The notes: generated by a model from the letters alone, not told the origin. Positions 12,377-33,545 are shown, counted from the first letter of the stretch. The stretch is DNA of 64,000 bases from Flaccisagitta enflata (GCA_965153355.1 OZ231126.1:20460001-20524000), one strand, 5' to 3'. Numbers and translations: made by a program.

Positions 12377-13546
12377 TCAAAATTCTGGCGACTCATACGA
12401 ACCACAATGAATCAGGGGGAAGACGTCCTGCGAATTTTCATCGTTGAAAACCGACATGGCCATGTATTTTTTTCCATTTTCCCTCGCAACAAGAAAGGCG
12501 CCACTCTTAAGGTTGAAGGCAGAAGCGAACGTTTCTTCACCCCTCACTATGCTTCTTAATATACCCCTGGCGCTCTTTCCAATGCCAGGCCAGCCACCAC
12601 GTGGCCTTACCTTCCTCCCACGCATCGACACTTCATTTTCAAAACAGTGGACGTCAATTCGAAATTGCTCCTCGTCGGGACAAGCACCTTCAGCCAAATG
12701 GGTTAACACCATCAACCTCACCGCTGAGCCCCTCTCAACGAGGCCCAAGTGCTGGAATAATTTCACTTTCTCCCCACCGGGGGCATCTAAGGCAGAAAGA
12801 ATGGCTTCCGCGTTTCGCTGCCTCACAGTCTGCTGTTTCCCCGTCGGCTGATCACATGATGCCACCATCATTTCACCGTCAAGATCTTCGATGATATCAG
12901 CGTATGATTTTTTCAAGCCATCGAGAAAAGAAATGACGATTTGGAAAGGCCTTCCAGTTGTAATTACGAATTTGTAGTCGTGGCCCGCGACTCCCATTTT
13001 CACTTCGATGGGCATCTTTTTCGTATCAATTTTTCCATCTTTCAGAAGCATCCGGGATCGGCGAACGCCCTCGTTCAAATAATAGTTGTAGTACGTCAGG
13101 TGGTTAAGGATTTTCCTCGGCGGATCCTGGTTCGCCAAAAACCTAACACACTCCATCACGATTTCGCCGATTTGGTTGAGAACTATATTCCTTTTATCTT
13201 TGGTCAATTCAGCGATGTATTTAAACATTCGGAGAACGGCCGGACTTCCTTTCCGCTTCATGTGCCGTTTTGCCCTGTTAACAATGATCCGCTTTGCATT
13301 CCAAATTTTTTCTTGCAGGGCCGTTCGTTTTATTTTTCTTTGGAAGAATCGATTCTCTTTGTCGTGGTCCGTGACGGCATTGGAGCCCCGCTTCTTTTTC
13401 TCCGCCCCTTTCCGCAATTGGTGATTGTCGACTTGATCGACGACCGATTCGTTGGACATGTTGATGTTGTCATTTTCAGGATTGTCTAGATGGTCAAATC
13501 CAAAGCTGTCCCATTCTGGCGCATTAAAGTCGGGGAGATTATCCAT
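12377..13546 (-). CDS. Intronless ~390-aa hypothetical protein
   Basis: Long ORF (track 12377-13552; first ATG at 13546) with an acidic N-terminus, basic NLS-like stretches and a globular-looking C-terminus. No family recognised. Confidence 0.65.
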   Translation of the reverse strand: MDNLPDFNAPEWDSFGFDHLDNPENDNINMSNESVVDQVDNHQLRKGAEKKKRGSNAVTDHDKENRFFQRKIKRTALQEKIWNAKRIIVNRAKRHMKRKGSPAVLRMFKYIAELTKDKRNIVLNQIGEIVMECVRFLANQDPPRKILNHLTYYNYYLNEGVRRSRMLLKDGKIDTKKMPIEVKMGVAGHDYKFVITTGRPFQIVISFLDGLKKSYADIIEDLDGEMMVASCDQPTGKQQTVRQRNAEAILSALDAPGGEKVKLFQHLGLVERGSAVRLMVLTHLAEGACPDEEQFRIDVHCFENEVSMRGRKVRPRGGWPGIGKSARGILRSIVRGEETFASAFNLKSGAFLVARENGKKYMAMSVFNDENSQDVFPLIHCGSYESPEF

Positions 13547-13873
13547 TTCCACTGGCCTAGGGTGAACGTCGAGGCTGCCTACGTTAGCGTTCGACCGTCG
13601 ATTAGAAAGCTACAGTGCTGTACTATTCGTTGAGTGCGAAATTTGGTTGGCCTGATGCACCAGTTAATTCACGAAGCCTTAAAAAAATACGTAGAGTTAT
13701 TTCGTTATTTTTTTTTTTTTTTTTTTGCTGGTTTTCTCTTAAAGTCCACATGTGCGTTTCTGTATGTTTCTGCGAAACAAAATGATAAATCAACCTTATC
13801 AGTGGAAAGAATAACATTTAACAGAGACACTGAAAGAAACAACAATCCTGGCTGGTCGCCATTTAGCACGCTA

Positions 13874-16674
<2,801 letters not shown>

Positions 16675-17857
16675 TTATTTACATGCTTCTGTCATTATAT
16701 GACACAACAGTATGCTTCGTTCAGTGCATGTTGCTAAGAAGGAGGAAGGAGGGAGGAGAAGAAGGAAAAAATTCCCCATACGTGCTTGAAAGCATGAGTC
16801 ATCGGCGGCAGGGCGCTGCCTAAAAAGGAGGAATTTAGACATAGAATGATGAAAAGATTATTGTAGCAAATGACACAAAAGAAAGAAGAAGAAAGAAGAA
16901 GAAAGAAAGAAGAAGAAAGAAAAAGAAGAAAGAAGAAGAAGAAGAAGAAAAACATATGAAAGAGAGAGGAAGTGAAACAATGAAAAATAGTAGGAAGTAA
17001 TTTCAAATGGAACACTAATATCACTTTCAAGTTTCAATGTAATTAGGCAACCAGAAAGAAGAAGAAGAAGAAGAAGATGAAGAAGAGGAAGAAGAAGAAG
17101 AACAACAAGAAGAGGAAGAAGAAGAAGATAAGCAATGATAAGAATAAGAAGAGAATGAAGAATCAAAGTTGGTGTAAAGTTAAGATAAAAAAGAAACTGA
17201 AGAATATCAACCCTGTTTCTCTCGAATATGTCAAAAAGTCGAAGACTGACTTCGACTTTTTTCCCAATAAATAAACTGTATGAGAGATAGAGATAGCAAC
17301 AAAGGAATTAAGATCTCTCCATACTCATCATCAAACCGGGGTGAAGAAGGTATGATGGCCCTAGTTTGACCTATTCCCACTATGTTTTCCTTATTAATAA
17401 CACCGTTAGCGACCTTTCTATGATAATTTCAGGCCCGGCGATCCCCACAGTTTTTTTTTCTGAAATTGATTTGTATACGCATGCAAATGAGATAGAGGGA
17501 CCCAAATTCAAAATGGGGTGAGGACTATGCGAAATGAAGAAATGGGTCAGTTTTTGGTTTTAAACCTCGGTATAGACTCTAATTCAATAGATTGTGGTCA
17601 AGTTTTGACTTGGAATGATCATTTGATAGACAAATTTGACCCCTAAAATTTGCCTCTGCTTTTGGCGTTTTTTTCTTTTTTCCTAATTATCATGATTTTG
17701 ACGCTTTTTTAAGCGCTCGTATGGGATTATTTTATGCTGAAATCGACTGAGACATATGCTAAAATGTTTTTAGCAAGTGTTTCCTTCAGATTTAGGCCCG
17801 TTTTCAAAAAAAAGAAAATTGTCATACCGCTGGCTATCACCAGCCACATCCCATTGT

Positions 17858-20800
17858 GCAGCCCCCCAGCAGCCCCCATTATCAGAATGTGTGTTGATTT
17901 TAAGTCTAGCAGCCCCTTCTTCAACTCTGGGGAAAGGACCAGCAGCCCCTTAGCAGCCCTCAACTAGAAACATTGGGATAGACACAGCAGCCCCCCAGCA
18001 GCCCCCATTATCAGTATGTGCGTTGATTATAAGTCTAGCAGCCCCTTCTACAACTCTGGGGATAGGACAAGCAGCCCCCCCCGCAGCCCCCCACTACGAA
18101 TACGAGGATAGACTCAGCAGCCCCCCAGCAGCCCCTATTATCAGTATGTGTGTTGATTTTAAGTCTAGCAGCCCCTTCTGCAACTAGGGAAGTAGGACAG
18201 CCCCTAGCATTTTCCCATCTGAGGATAATCTCATGGCCCCAGCAGCCCCCATTATCAGTATGTGTGTTGATTTTAAGTCTAGCAGCCCCTTCTACAACTC
18301 TGGGGATAGGACCAGCAGCCCCCCAGCAGCCCCCCACTACAAATACGGGGATAGACTCAGCAGCCCCCCAGCAGCCCCTAGACTCAACATTGCAGTGAGA
18401 AAGTCTAGCAGCCCTATCACACAACTGTGGGGATAGGACCTTGGCCCCCAACGCCCCCACTACAAATAGGATAGACTCAGCAGCTAGCAGCCTAGACTCA
18501 ACATTGCAGTGAGTCTGCTTGGCCCTATCTTACAACTGCTGGGGGGCTGCTGAAATATCTATCCATTACTTATGGTGGGGGGCTGCTGGGGCTGTAGTCC
18601 TATCCCAAATTGCTCAGAAAAGGCTGCTAGGCAAGGCCACACATACTGATAATAGAGCTGCTAAACAAAATACTCACGAAATAAGGAGTCAAATTTCAAA
18701 AAATGATATACTCTATTTTGCATAAATATATTACAAAAAAGGTTTCCCACAGAAAGGTCTGAATTTTGAAAGATTGACAATGGCTAGCAAAACTATAGGC
18801 TTCCTATGGCAATAGAAAAATCCCCATAGCAACCCTATAGTTTTGCCGACAAGGTTTCTTGTTTTGGTTTCACACAGCTGTGAGAAATCCTTCTTTTATT
18901 GGACATTTGTGCTAAGGGCTCAAGTATATCAATATTTGAAATTTGACCCAATTCGGGACCACCCTACTGCTGGGGGGCTGCTGAGTCTATCCCCGTATTT
19001 GTAGTGGGGGGCTGCTGGGGGGCTGCTGGTCCTATCCCCAGAGTTGTAAGATAGTGCTGCTAGTCTTATGCAATATGAGGAATATAAAAGAAAGGCTGCT
19101 GGGGAGCTGCTGAGTCTATCCCAATGTTGCTAATTGAGGGCTGCTGGGGGGCTGCTGGTCCTATCCCCACAGATTGTAAGATAGGGCTGCTGGACCTCAC
19201 TGCAATGTTGAGTCTAGGGGCTGCTGAGGGCTGCTGGTCATCCCGTATTTACTGGTAGAGGGCTGCTGAGGGCTGCTGGTCCTATCCCCACAGTTGTCAG
19301 ATAGGGCTGCTGGACTTCGCTGCAATGTTGAGTCTAGGGGCTGCTGGGAAACGACTGAGTCTATCCCAGTATTTGCAGTGAGAGGCTGCTGGGGGGCTGC
19401 TGGTCCTATCTGAAGAGTTGTAGAAGGGCTGCTAGATTTAAAATCACTTGCCACATACTGATAATAGGGGGCTGCTGGGGAGCTGCTGTGTCTATCCCAA
19501 TGTTTCTTAGTTGGGGGCTGCTGGGGGCTGCTGGTCCTATCACAGGTTGTAAGATAGTGCTGCTAGTCTTAACTGCAATGAAGTATAAAGGCTGCCGGGG
19601 GCTGTAGGTCTATCCCAATGTTGAATTGCGTGGGGGGCTGCTGGGGGGCTGCTGGTCCTATCCCCACAGTTGTAAGATAGGGCTGCTAGACTTCACTGCA
19701 ATGTTGAGTCTAGGGGCTGCTGGGGGGCTGCTGAGTCTATCCCCTTATTTGTAGTGGGGGGCTGCTGGGGGGCTGCTGGTCCTATCCCCACAGGTGTAGA
19801 AGGGGCTGCTAGACTTAAAATCAACACACATACTGATAATGGGGGCTGCTGGGGGGCTGCTGTGTCTATCCCAATGTTTCTAGTTGGGGGCTGCTGGGGG
19901 GCTGCTGGTCCTATCCCCAGAGTTGTAAGATAGTGCTGCTAGTCTTAACTGCAATGAGGAGTCTATCCCAGTATTTGAATTGGGGGGCTGCTGGGGGGCT
20001 GCTGGTCCTATCCCCACAGTTGTAAGATAGGGCTGCTAGACTTCACTGCAATGTTGAGTCTAGGGGCTGCTGGGGGGCTGCTGAGTCTATCCCCGTATTT
20101 GTGGTGAGGCTGCTGGGAGCTGCTGGTCCTGTGCAGGTTGTAGGAAGGGCTGCTACAGACTTAAAATCAACACACATACTGATAATGGAGGCTGCTGGGG
20201 GGCTGCTGAGACTATCCCCGTATTTGTAGTGGGGGGCTGCTGGGGGGCTGCTGGTCCTATCCCCAGAGTTGTAAGATAGTGCTGCTAGTCTTGACTGCAA
20301 CGAGGAATATAAAGGCTGCTGGGGGGCTGCTGAGTCTATCCCAGTATTTGAATTAGGGGGCTGCTGGGGGGCTGCAGACTCCATCTCCCCAGTTGTAAGA
20401 TAGGGCTGCTAGACTTCACTGCAATGGCTTGAGTCACGAGGCTGCTGGGGGGCTGCTGAGACTATCCCCGTATTTGTAGTGGGGGGCTGCTGGGGGGCTG
20501 CTGGTCCTATCCCCACAGTTGTAAGATAGGGCTGCTAGACTTCACTGCAATGTTGAGTCTAGGGGCTGCTGGGGGGCTGCTGAGTCTATCCCCGTATTTG
20601 TAGTGGGGGGCTGCTGGGGGGCTGCTGGTCCTATCCCCAGGGGGTTATGAGAGAGGCTGCTAGACTCAAAATCCTTTTTTATGCAAATGGCTAGGGGCTG
20701 CTGGGGAGGCTGCTGTGTCTATCCCAATGTTTCTCTGAATTTGGGGGCTGCTGGGGCTGCTGGTCCTACTACAGAGTTGTAAGATAGTGCTGCTAGTCTG

Positions 20801-23800
20801 CTACAATGAAGGCTGTATAAAGAGAGCTGTAAGAATACTGGAGTGCTCCCAGTAAGTTGAATTTGAGGGCTGCTGGGGAGCTGCTGGTCCTATCCCCACA
20901 GTTGTAGATAGAACGCTAGAGCTTCACTGCAATGTTTAGTGTTCAAAGGGCTGCTAGAAAGCTCACTAAGAGTCTCCACATGTTGCTAGTGGGAGCTGCT
21001 GCAGGGGGCTGCTGGTCCATATCACAGAGAGTTGTAGAAGAACATACTAGACTTAAAATCCCAACATACTGATAATGGGGCTGCTGGGTGAGGTGTGCAA
21101 AGAATAAGGTCAAGCATTCAAAAAATGATATACTCCCTTTTTGCATAAATGTACCAAAAAAAAGGTTTCCCACAAAGAAGAGGTCTGGTGAAGAGATTAA
21201 GCGTGTGTAGCAAAACTATGACTTCCTGTATCAAAAAAAATCTATAACCGCTATAGTTTTGCAGAACAAGTTTCTGTTTTGATTTCACACCCCAGCAGCA
21301 GAAATCCTTCTTTTATTGGACATTTGTGCTAAGGGAGCATAAATATATCAATGTTTGAAGTGACCAATCTAAGACACACCTACCAAAAGAAGCTATGAGT
21401 CTATCACAGTATTGTGGTCAGAGGCTGCTGGGGAAAAGCTGCTGGTCCTATCCCAGTGCAAAGTCAGTGCTGCCTAGTCTGCTACTGTGCAGGAATATAA
21501 AGGCTGCCGGGGGCTGCTCGTCTATCCAGTATTTGAATTGAGGGCTGCTGGGGGCTGCTGGTCCTATCCCACGTTTGAGGGCTGCTAGGGCTTGCACGTG
21601 GTGAGTCTAGGGAGCTGCTGAGGCCACTGAGTCTATCCCACATGTGTTGTGGCAGTGAGGCTGAGGGCCATGGTCTATCCCCAGTTGTAAAATAGGGCTG
21701 CTAGACTTCACTGCAATGTTGGTCTAGGGAGCTGCTGGGGGCTGCTGGAGTCTATCCCAGTATTTGTAGTGGGGGCTGCTGAGGGCTACTGGTCCTATCC
21801 CAGAGTTATCAGAAAAGGCTGCTAGATTTAAAAATCAACACACATACACTGATAATGGGGGCTGCTGGGGGGCTGCTGTGTCTATCCCAATGTTTCTAGT
21901 TGGGGGCTGCTGGGGGGCTGCTTGTCCTATCCCCAGAGTTGTAAGATAGTGCTGCTAGTCTTAACTGCAATGAGGAGTCTATCCCAGTATTTGAATTGGG
22001 GGGCTGCTGGGGGGCTGCTGGTCCTATCCCAGTATTTGAATTGCAGGGGCTGCTGGGGGGCTGCTGGTCCTATCCCACAGTTGTAAGATAGGGCTGCTAG
22101 ACTCCACTGCAATGTTGAGTCTAGGGGCTGCTGGGGGGCTGCTGAGTCTATCCCTTGACTGTAGTGGGGGCTGCTGGGTGCTGCTGGTCCTATCCCCACA
22201 GGTGTAGAAGGGGCTGCTAGACTTAAAATCAACACACATACTGATAATGGGGGCTGCTGGGGGGCTGCTGTGTCTATCCCAATGTTTCTAGTTGGGGGCT
22301 GCTGGGGGGCTGCTGGTCCTATCCCCAGAGTTGTAAGATAGTGCTGCTAGTCTTAACTGCAATGAGGAGTCTATCCCAGTATTTGAATTGGGGGCTGCTG
22401 GGGGCCTGCTGGTCCTATCCCAGTTGTAAGATAGGGCTGCTAGACTTCCCTGCAATGTTGAGCAAGAGGGCTGCTGAGGGGGCGCTGCTGAGTCTATCCC
22501 CGTATTTGTAGTGAGGGCTGCTGGGGAGCTGCTGGTCCTATCCCCAGAGTTGTAGAAGGGGCTGCTAGACTTAAAATCAACACACATACTGATAATGGGG
22601 GCTGCTGGGGGCTGCTATCCCCAGTTTGTAGTGAGGGCTGCTGGGGGCTGCTGGTCCTATCCCAGAGTTGTAAGATAGTGCTGCTAGTCTTAACTGCAAT
22701 GAGGAATATAAAGGCTGCCGGGGGGCTGCTGAGTCTATCCCAGTATTTGAATTGGGGGGCTGCTGGGGGGCTGCTGGTCCTATCCCCACAGTTGTAAGAT
22801 AGGGCTGCTAGACTTCACTGCAATGTTGAGTCTAGGGGCTGCTGGGGGGCTGCTGAGTCTATCCCCGTATTTGTAGTGGGGGGCTGCTGGGGGGCTGCTG
22901 GTCCTATCCCCACAGTTGTAAGATAGGGCTGCTAGACTTCACTGCAATGTTGAGTCTAGGGGCTGCTGGGGGGCTGCTGAGTCTATCCCCGTATTTGTAG
23001 TGGGGGGCTGCTGGGGGGCTGCTGGTCCTATCCCCAGAGTTGTAGAAGGGGCTGCTAGACTTAAAATCAACACACATACTGATAATGGGGCTGCTGGGGG
23101 GCTGCTGTGTCTATCCCAATGTTTCTAGTTGGGGGCTGCTGGGGGGCTGCTGGTCCTATCCCCAGAGTTGTAAGATAGTGCTGCTAGTCTTAACTGCAAT
23201 GAGACGTATAAAGGCTGCCGGAGGGCTGCTGAGTCTATCCCAGTATTTGAATTGGGGGCTGCTGGGGGGCTGCTGGTCCTATCCCCACAGTTGTAAGATA
23301 GGGCTGTTAGACTTCACTGCAATGTTGAGTCTAGGGGCTGCTGGGGCTGCTGAGTCTATCCCCTTATTTGTAGTGAGGGCTGCTGAAGGCTGCTGGTCCT
23401 ATCCCCAGAGTTGTAAGATTGGCTGCTAGACTTAACTCAAAGATGACTTTTTTGATGGGGGGCTGCTGGGGGCTGCTAAGTCTATCCCAATGTTTCTAAT
23501 TGGGGGCTGCTGGGGGCTGCTTGTCCTATCCCCAGAGTTGTAAGATAGTGCTGCTAGTCTTAACTGCAATAGAGTCTATCCCAGTATTTGAATTGGGGCT
23601 GCTGGGGGCTGCTGGTCCTATCCCCACAGTTGTAAGATAGGGCTGCTAGACTTCCCTGCAATGTTGAGCCTAGGGGCTGCTGGGGGGCTGCTGAGTCTAT
23701 CCCCGTATTTGTAGTGGGGGGCTGCTGGGGGGCTGCTGGTCCTATCCCCAGAGTTGTAGAAGGGGCTGCTAGACTTAAAATCAACACACATACTGATAAT

Positions 23801-24570
23801 GGGGGCTGCTGGGGGGCTGCTGTGTCTATCCCAATGTTTCTAGTTGGGGGCTGCTGGGGGGCTGCTGGTCCTATCCCCAGAGTTGTAAGATAGTGCTGCT
23901 AGTCTTAACTGCAATGAGGAGTCTATCCCAGTATTTGAATTGGGGGGCTGCTGGAGGGCTGCTGGTCCTATCCCCACAGTTGTAAGATAGGGCTGTTAGA
24001 CTTCCCTGCAATGTTGAGCCTAGGGGCTGCTGGGGGGCTGCTGAGTCTATCCCCGTATTTGTAGTGGGGGGCTGCTGGTCCTATCCCCAGAGTTGTAGAA
24101 GGGGCTGCTAGACTTAAAATCAACACACATACTGATAATGGGGGCTGCTGGGGGGCTGCTGTGTCTATCCCAATGTTTCTAGTTGGGGGCTGCTGGGGGG
24201 CTGCTGGTCCTATCCCCAGAGTTGTAAGATAGTGCTGCTAGTCTTAACTGCAATGAGGAGTATAAAGCCGGGGGGCTGCTGAGTCTATCCCAGTATTTGA
24301 ATTAGGGGGCTGCTGGGGGGCTGCTGGTCCTATCCCCACAGTTGTAAGATAGGGCTGCTAGACTTCACTGCAATGTTGAGAATAGGGGCTGCTGGGGGGC
24401 TGCTGAGTATATCCCAGTGTTTTTAAGGGGGGGCTGCTGAGAGGTCTAAGGGGCTGCTGATCCTTTCCCTACTTAACAAAAACATAGGGGGCTGCTAAGG
24501 GGCTGCTGTGACTATCTCCTATTTCTGGCTCTTTAAGAGTCAAGGGGGCTGCTGGGCCAAAGGTGCTGCT
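17858..24570. repeat. Complex satellite: GGGGCTGCT(G) cores with alternating spacer variants, higher-order period ~345 bp
   Basis: Marker aaatcaacacacatactgataat recurs at ~19819, 20164, 22226, 22574, 23064, 23777, 24117. The array reads CAGCCCC before ~18535 and GGGGCTG after it. Confidence 0.95.
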
Positions 24571-24987
24571 AAAACACACGTACTTACGAACAAGGCGGAT
24601 ACACGGATACGCGGCCAATACCAGTCGCGGACGGGAGGGCAGGGGCGGAAATGCGTGTTTTCAGTGAAAACTGAAAACTTTTCAAACTTTCCAACTCGAT
24701 GACCCTGGACCAACGTACGGACGAACCGACGGACGGACAAGGCATCTTATGGAGTCGCTACTCCGCGACTAAAAAGAAAAGAGAGAAAAGGATAAGAGAA
24801 GAAAGAACAGAAAAAAAAAAAACAAAACAAAGAACGGATTAAGGCGATGGGAACGAAGGGATTTAATTCTAAGAAAGAACGTATCCAAATTAGTCGTGAG
24901 TTGAAACCTTGATTCTATGTTCAACACCCCTCCCCCCTCCCCGCCCACCTCATTCCAACTTTTGCGTTCCAATTCAAATCCTATAAG

Positions 24988-26255
<1,268 letters not shown>

Positions 26256-26308
26256 ATGCCTTCTGTCAGCCACACACACACACACCCACACACACACCCA
26301 CACACACA

Positions 26309-26411
<103 letters not shown>

Positions 26412-26627
26412 GCGCGCGCGCGCATATGCGCACACTGATACAATTCTACGGAAAAGAGCCACAACGTTCCATCGATTAAATCTTTTAGATAATTGACTTT
26501 TGGCTTTCCTTTCGATGGAAGTTGGACGGTTGTTCGTTAGGCATAGTGAATTTTTGATGATTTCCTTGATCATTAGAAATAGAATACCAGATAATCATTT
26601 GCTTTTGATTCTAGGTTAGTAAGCAGT

Positions 26628-26671
<44 letters not shown>

Positions 26672-26862
26672 TGAAAGATAGACATCAGAGAAGAGTGACA
26701 GAAAGAAATATCGTCAGTATATTCCCAGATACTCCCTATATAATCCCGGAATTATTATCAGTATATTGCCAGTTACACCCTATCAATATTATCAGATACA
26801 CCCTAAATATTCCCAGAAATATTATAAGTATATTATAAGTCCCAATTGTATATTCAAAGATA

Positions 26863-27629
26863 CAGTATGATTTTTTTAAGCTGTAACATAAAATGAGAAC
26901 ATTACGCAAAAACTAGAAGAGCTAGCCAAAATCTGAAAGAAGCTCCTAGAAGATGAGAGTTTGCAGTTATTTGCTAAGAGATTCCAAGGGTTTTCTAGAA
27001 AGAAAATTGATATCCATCTTACTTTTTCAATTGGGATTGAAATTTTGAAAAGTGGAAAAATGGAAAAAATGGCAGAGATATTGGCTGAACTATTTCTCTT
27101 TAAATTGCTCTCATTTTCAAACGGTTTGAGCTACAGATGCCAGATTGGTCCGAAATGAAAGCTTTTTTGAAGTACTTTTTGGGAAAAACTCAATAGACAG
27201 ACTTTTTTGGAGTTTTGAATGCATTAAGTTAACTGAAAGTCAATTCTGCAAACAATTTATCCTGAAACAACAAAATCGTTCATGTTTGGCGGGAAAACTC
27301 TTTGAAAATATCGCTGTCTTTGTTTTTCTCCTACTACTACATCAAAATATCTTTCATCTGAGACCAATCTGGGATCCGTAGCTCTAATTATTCAGAAATG
27401 AGAGCAATTTACAAAAAAGACAGTGACAACAAATCAGCCTTTTTTGACAGAATCTGCCCTTTGATTCGTATGCGCTAATCAGATCAAAAGAAAAGAAAAA
27501 GTCCTTGGGATTTTCCATCAAAAATCTGCAAACTCATATCTTCCAAGTGTTTTTTTCAGATTGTAGCTAGCTCTTCTACTTTTTTTGCTATGTTCTCATC
27601 TTATGTTACAGTTCAGAAAAATCATACTG
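26863..27629. mobile_element. Tc1/mariner-type MITE
   Basis: TA|CAGTATGATTTTT..CTGTAACATAA ... TTATGTTACAG..AAAAATCATACTG|TA, with long imperfect inverted arms. Confidence 0.85.
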
Positions 27630-28675
27630 TACACCTACTATTCCCTGCGAAATGAGCTGATATACTGTGTAGTGTACACTCGTCATGAATCCTATTATCG
27701 GATTTTCGCTCGTTAAAGCTCGAAATTGATGCGACTTAGGTTTGGCAACAGTATGGAAATTGTCACGTAAGATCATCTCGAAAATTCAAGGAATGCTCGA
27801 GAGCGTTCAGAGATTGCGCAGTGGCATCGGCAGCGGCAGCAAAGTAGCGGCAGCGCAGAGCGAAGGTAGGCAGGGTGGGTCAGGTAAGTTGTTCCTCAAC
27901 TCGAAAAACAGGTTTTTCGATGATGATGAGTCAGTGTCAACCGACTAGACAGGATGGTATGGAATAAGGTCATGATGAAAGCTAGTTAGCTCAGCGTTTG
28001 ATTATGCATCAATAGAATCCAATAGAATCCAATGTTGTTGTCTCACCCGCCATTCAACATCTTGGGTGAGTTTTAATTGTTGCAATCTCACCTTTTTTGT
28101 CCCCGGGGTGTCATCGAAAGAGAATCCAGGGGACTCGTTGCTGCTGCTGAACTGCCATCGTCTGCTGCTTATTCAGCGTCCTTTCCAATTTACGTTTACC
28201 CACCGAGTTAAAAAAATGTATACGAAGTTATATTAATTGAAAATGTGCAATATTTTTTATCGAAAAAAGGCACCCCAAAGTCTTTTTATTTGTCTCAGCC
28301 TACAAATCAAAAACCAAATCAAATTACTGTCGTTTTTTTGATAAATAAAAAAATCCATTCTTTCTCGAATAATTAAAAAGAGTATTGTTTTTTTAAAAAG
28401 GGAGTTTGAACTAGATTCCAAAAAAAAAAAAAGAAATTGAAATAGTCAGATTTGGTTTCACTGCCGGCATATCATCTAGTTACAAATAAAACAATCCAAG
28501 AATAAAAAACAAAAAAATGACAACAAACCGAGAATCTCCGACATAAATTACGCTTTTCATAATAATCTGTGAATTGGTTGATCTTTTTAAAATTTGTCGT
28601 TTTCGGTGTCATTCGACGTCGCAACTGAATTTCGTTTTTGACTCTTTGGACCCTTCTGTCGACGTCATCATCATA

Positions 28676-31748
<3,073 letters not shown>

Positions 31749-32399
31749 AATTAACGTTTTTAGATGCGTCCGTCAGGAACGCATCTGTATACATAAGAAT
31801 GCAAGGCCTGTACGTCCCTGGACCGAGTTGTAAACAAACGTAGATCGGTTTTATCCGTTACCGTGTCCTGAACAAAATCGCGACTTTTTTTTTTAAGTTC
31901 AGGGCGCGGCGAAAAACTAGCTAACTAAGCAAAACCGATCATCTCACGAAGGGCAACCACGATAAAAGCTACAAATACATGCTGCTTTGGCAAATCCCTA
32001 TACCTGACAATCTATTAGTCCATTGATAGTTCATCATCAGGCAATAACATGGAGAAATAAACATTTCAATGATAAGACTTTTATTGCAAATTTTAACAAA
32101 TTGACAGTAAACAATGCAAGGATTACGCGAGAAATACAGTGTAATTACAATATTCCGTCTGTTTAGTCTTTGTTCCTCTCCCTCTTTCTGATTTGCTACA
32201 ATCTGACACACTTAGCACACTTTTCAACTCAATCCTCACTGAACTGATGGAACAACGGATGGACAAAGTCTTATAGAGCTGCTTGTCCCCAACATCAAAC
32301 GGAGAAACCCTCCAAGCTATCCATAATTACTTCCTTTTTTCAATAGGACAGTAATCATTCAATAAAAACCTGCACGTGCAGCCATCAAGGGCCTCGCGT

Positions 32400-32507
32400 T
32401 ACGTTGAATAGGCTAGCATAATTTTTGACAAGCCCAATGTTTTTTACAGCAAAAGAATTAAAACAGGCGTCCCCTGGCGGAGGAATGATCACCACGAAAC
32501 AACTGCC

Positions 32508-32605
<98 letters not shown>

Positions 32606-32872
32606 ATGTTCGTTCTGTGTGTGTGCGTGTTCGTTCTGTGTGTGTGCGTGTTCGTTCTGAGTGTGTGTGTGTGTGTGTGTGTTCGTTCTGCGTATATTTG
32701 TTCTGTGTGTATTTGTTCTGTGTGTATTCGTTCTGTGTGTATTTGTTCTGTGTGTAGACATTGAATAGCCTTGCAAAATTTTTGACAAGCCCAATATTTT
32801 TCACAGCAAATGAATTAAAACAGGCGTCCCCTGGCCGAGGAAATGCGTGTGTGTGTGCGCATGCGCGCGCGC

Positions 32873-32959
<87 letters not shown>

Positions 32960-33240
32960 GTGTGTGTGTATTCATTCTGTATGTATTCGCTCTGTGCGTA
33001 TTTGTTCTTTGTGTATTTGTTCTGTGTGTATTTGTTCTGTGTGTATTTGTTCTGTGTGTATTCGTTCTGTGTGTATTCGTTCTGTGTGTATTCGTTCTGT
33101 GTGTGTTTGTTCTGTGTGTGTTTGTTCTGTATGTTTTTGTTGTATGTGTTTGTTCTGTGTTTTTGTTGTTCTGTGTTTTTGTTGTGTGTGTGTTAGTTGT
33201 GTGTATTAGTTGTGTGTTCGCTGTGTGACTGTAAGTAAAT
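32400..33240. repeat. Duplicated ~80-bp unit with (GT)n and ~15-bp tgtgtatttgttc minisatellites
   Basis: ttgaatag...ttttgacaagcccaat...gaattaaaacaggcgtcccctggc at ~32404 and ~32761. Confidence 0.8.
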
Positions 33241-33508
33241 TATGGGGTGTGTTTGTTGTATGAGCGTGTGTGTGTGTTTTTTTTCTTTTTGTCCGTAATT
33301 GTCTCAGAGTTTTCATTGTCTGTCATGCTGTTCTTGAACCTTACCAATTTTTTTTGCTCGGTCGTTTTGCGCTTCATGTGGCCTTGACCAGATTTTAAAT
33401 GAAGTTCTTTACAACATGGGTCTTCCAGATTAGCCTTGAGATCGTGACCCCTACAATGCAAATTTTGATGAATTAGAAAACAGCGAAAGGGAAGAATTAC
33501 GGTCGAAC

Positions 33509-33545
<37 letters not shown>

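Noticed and set aside
17858-24570. CRISPR-like repeat/spacer appearance and the many ORFs in the satellite
   Set aside because: The spacers are a small recurring set rather than unique sequences, there are no cas genes, and the context is eukaryotic. The ORFs are translations of the repeat.
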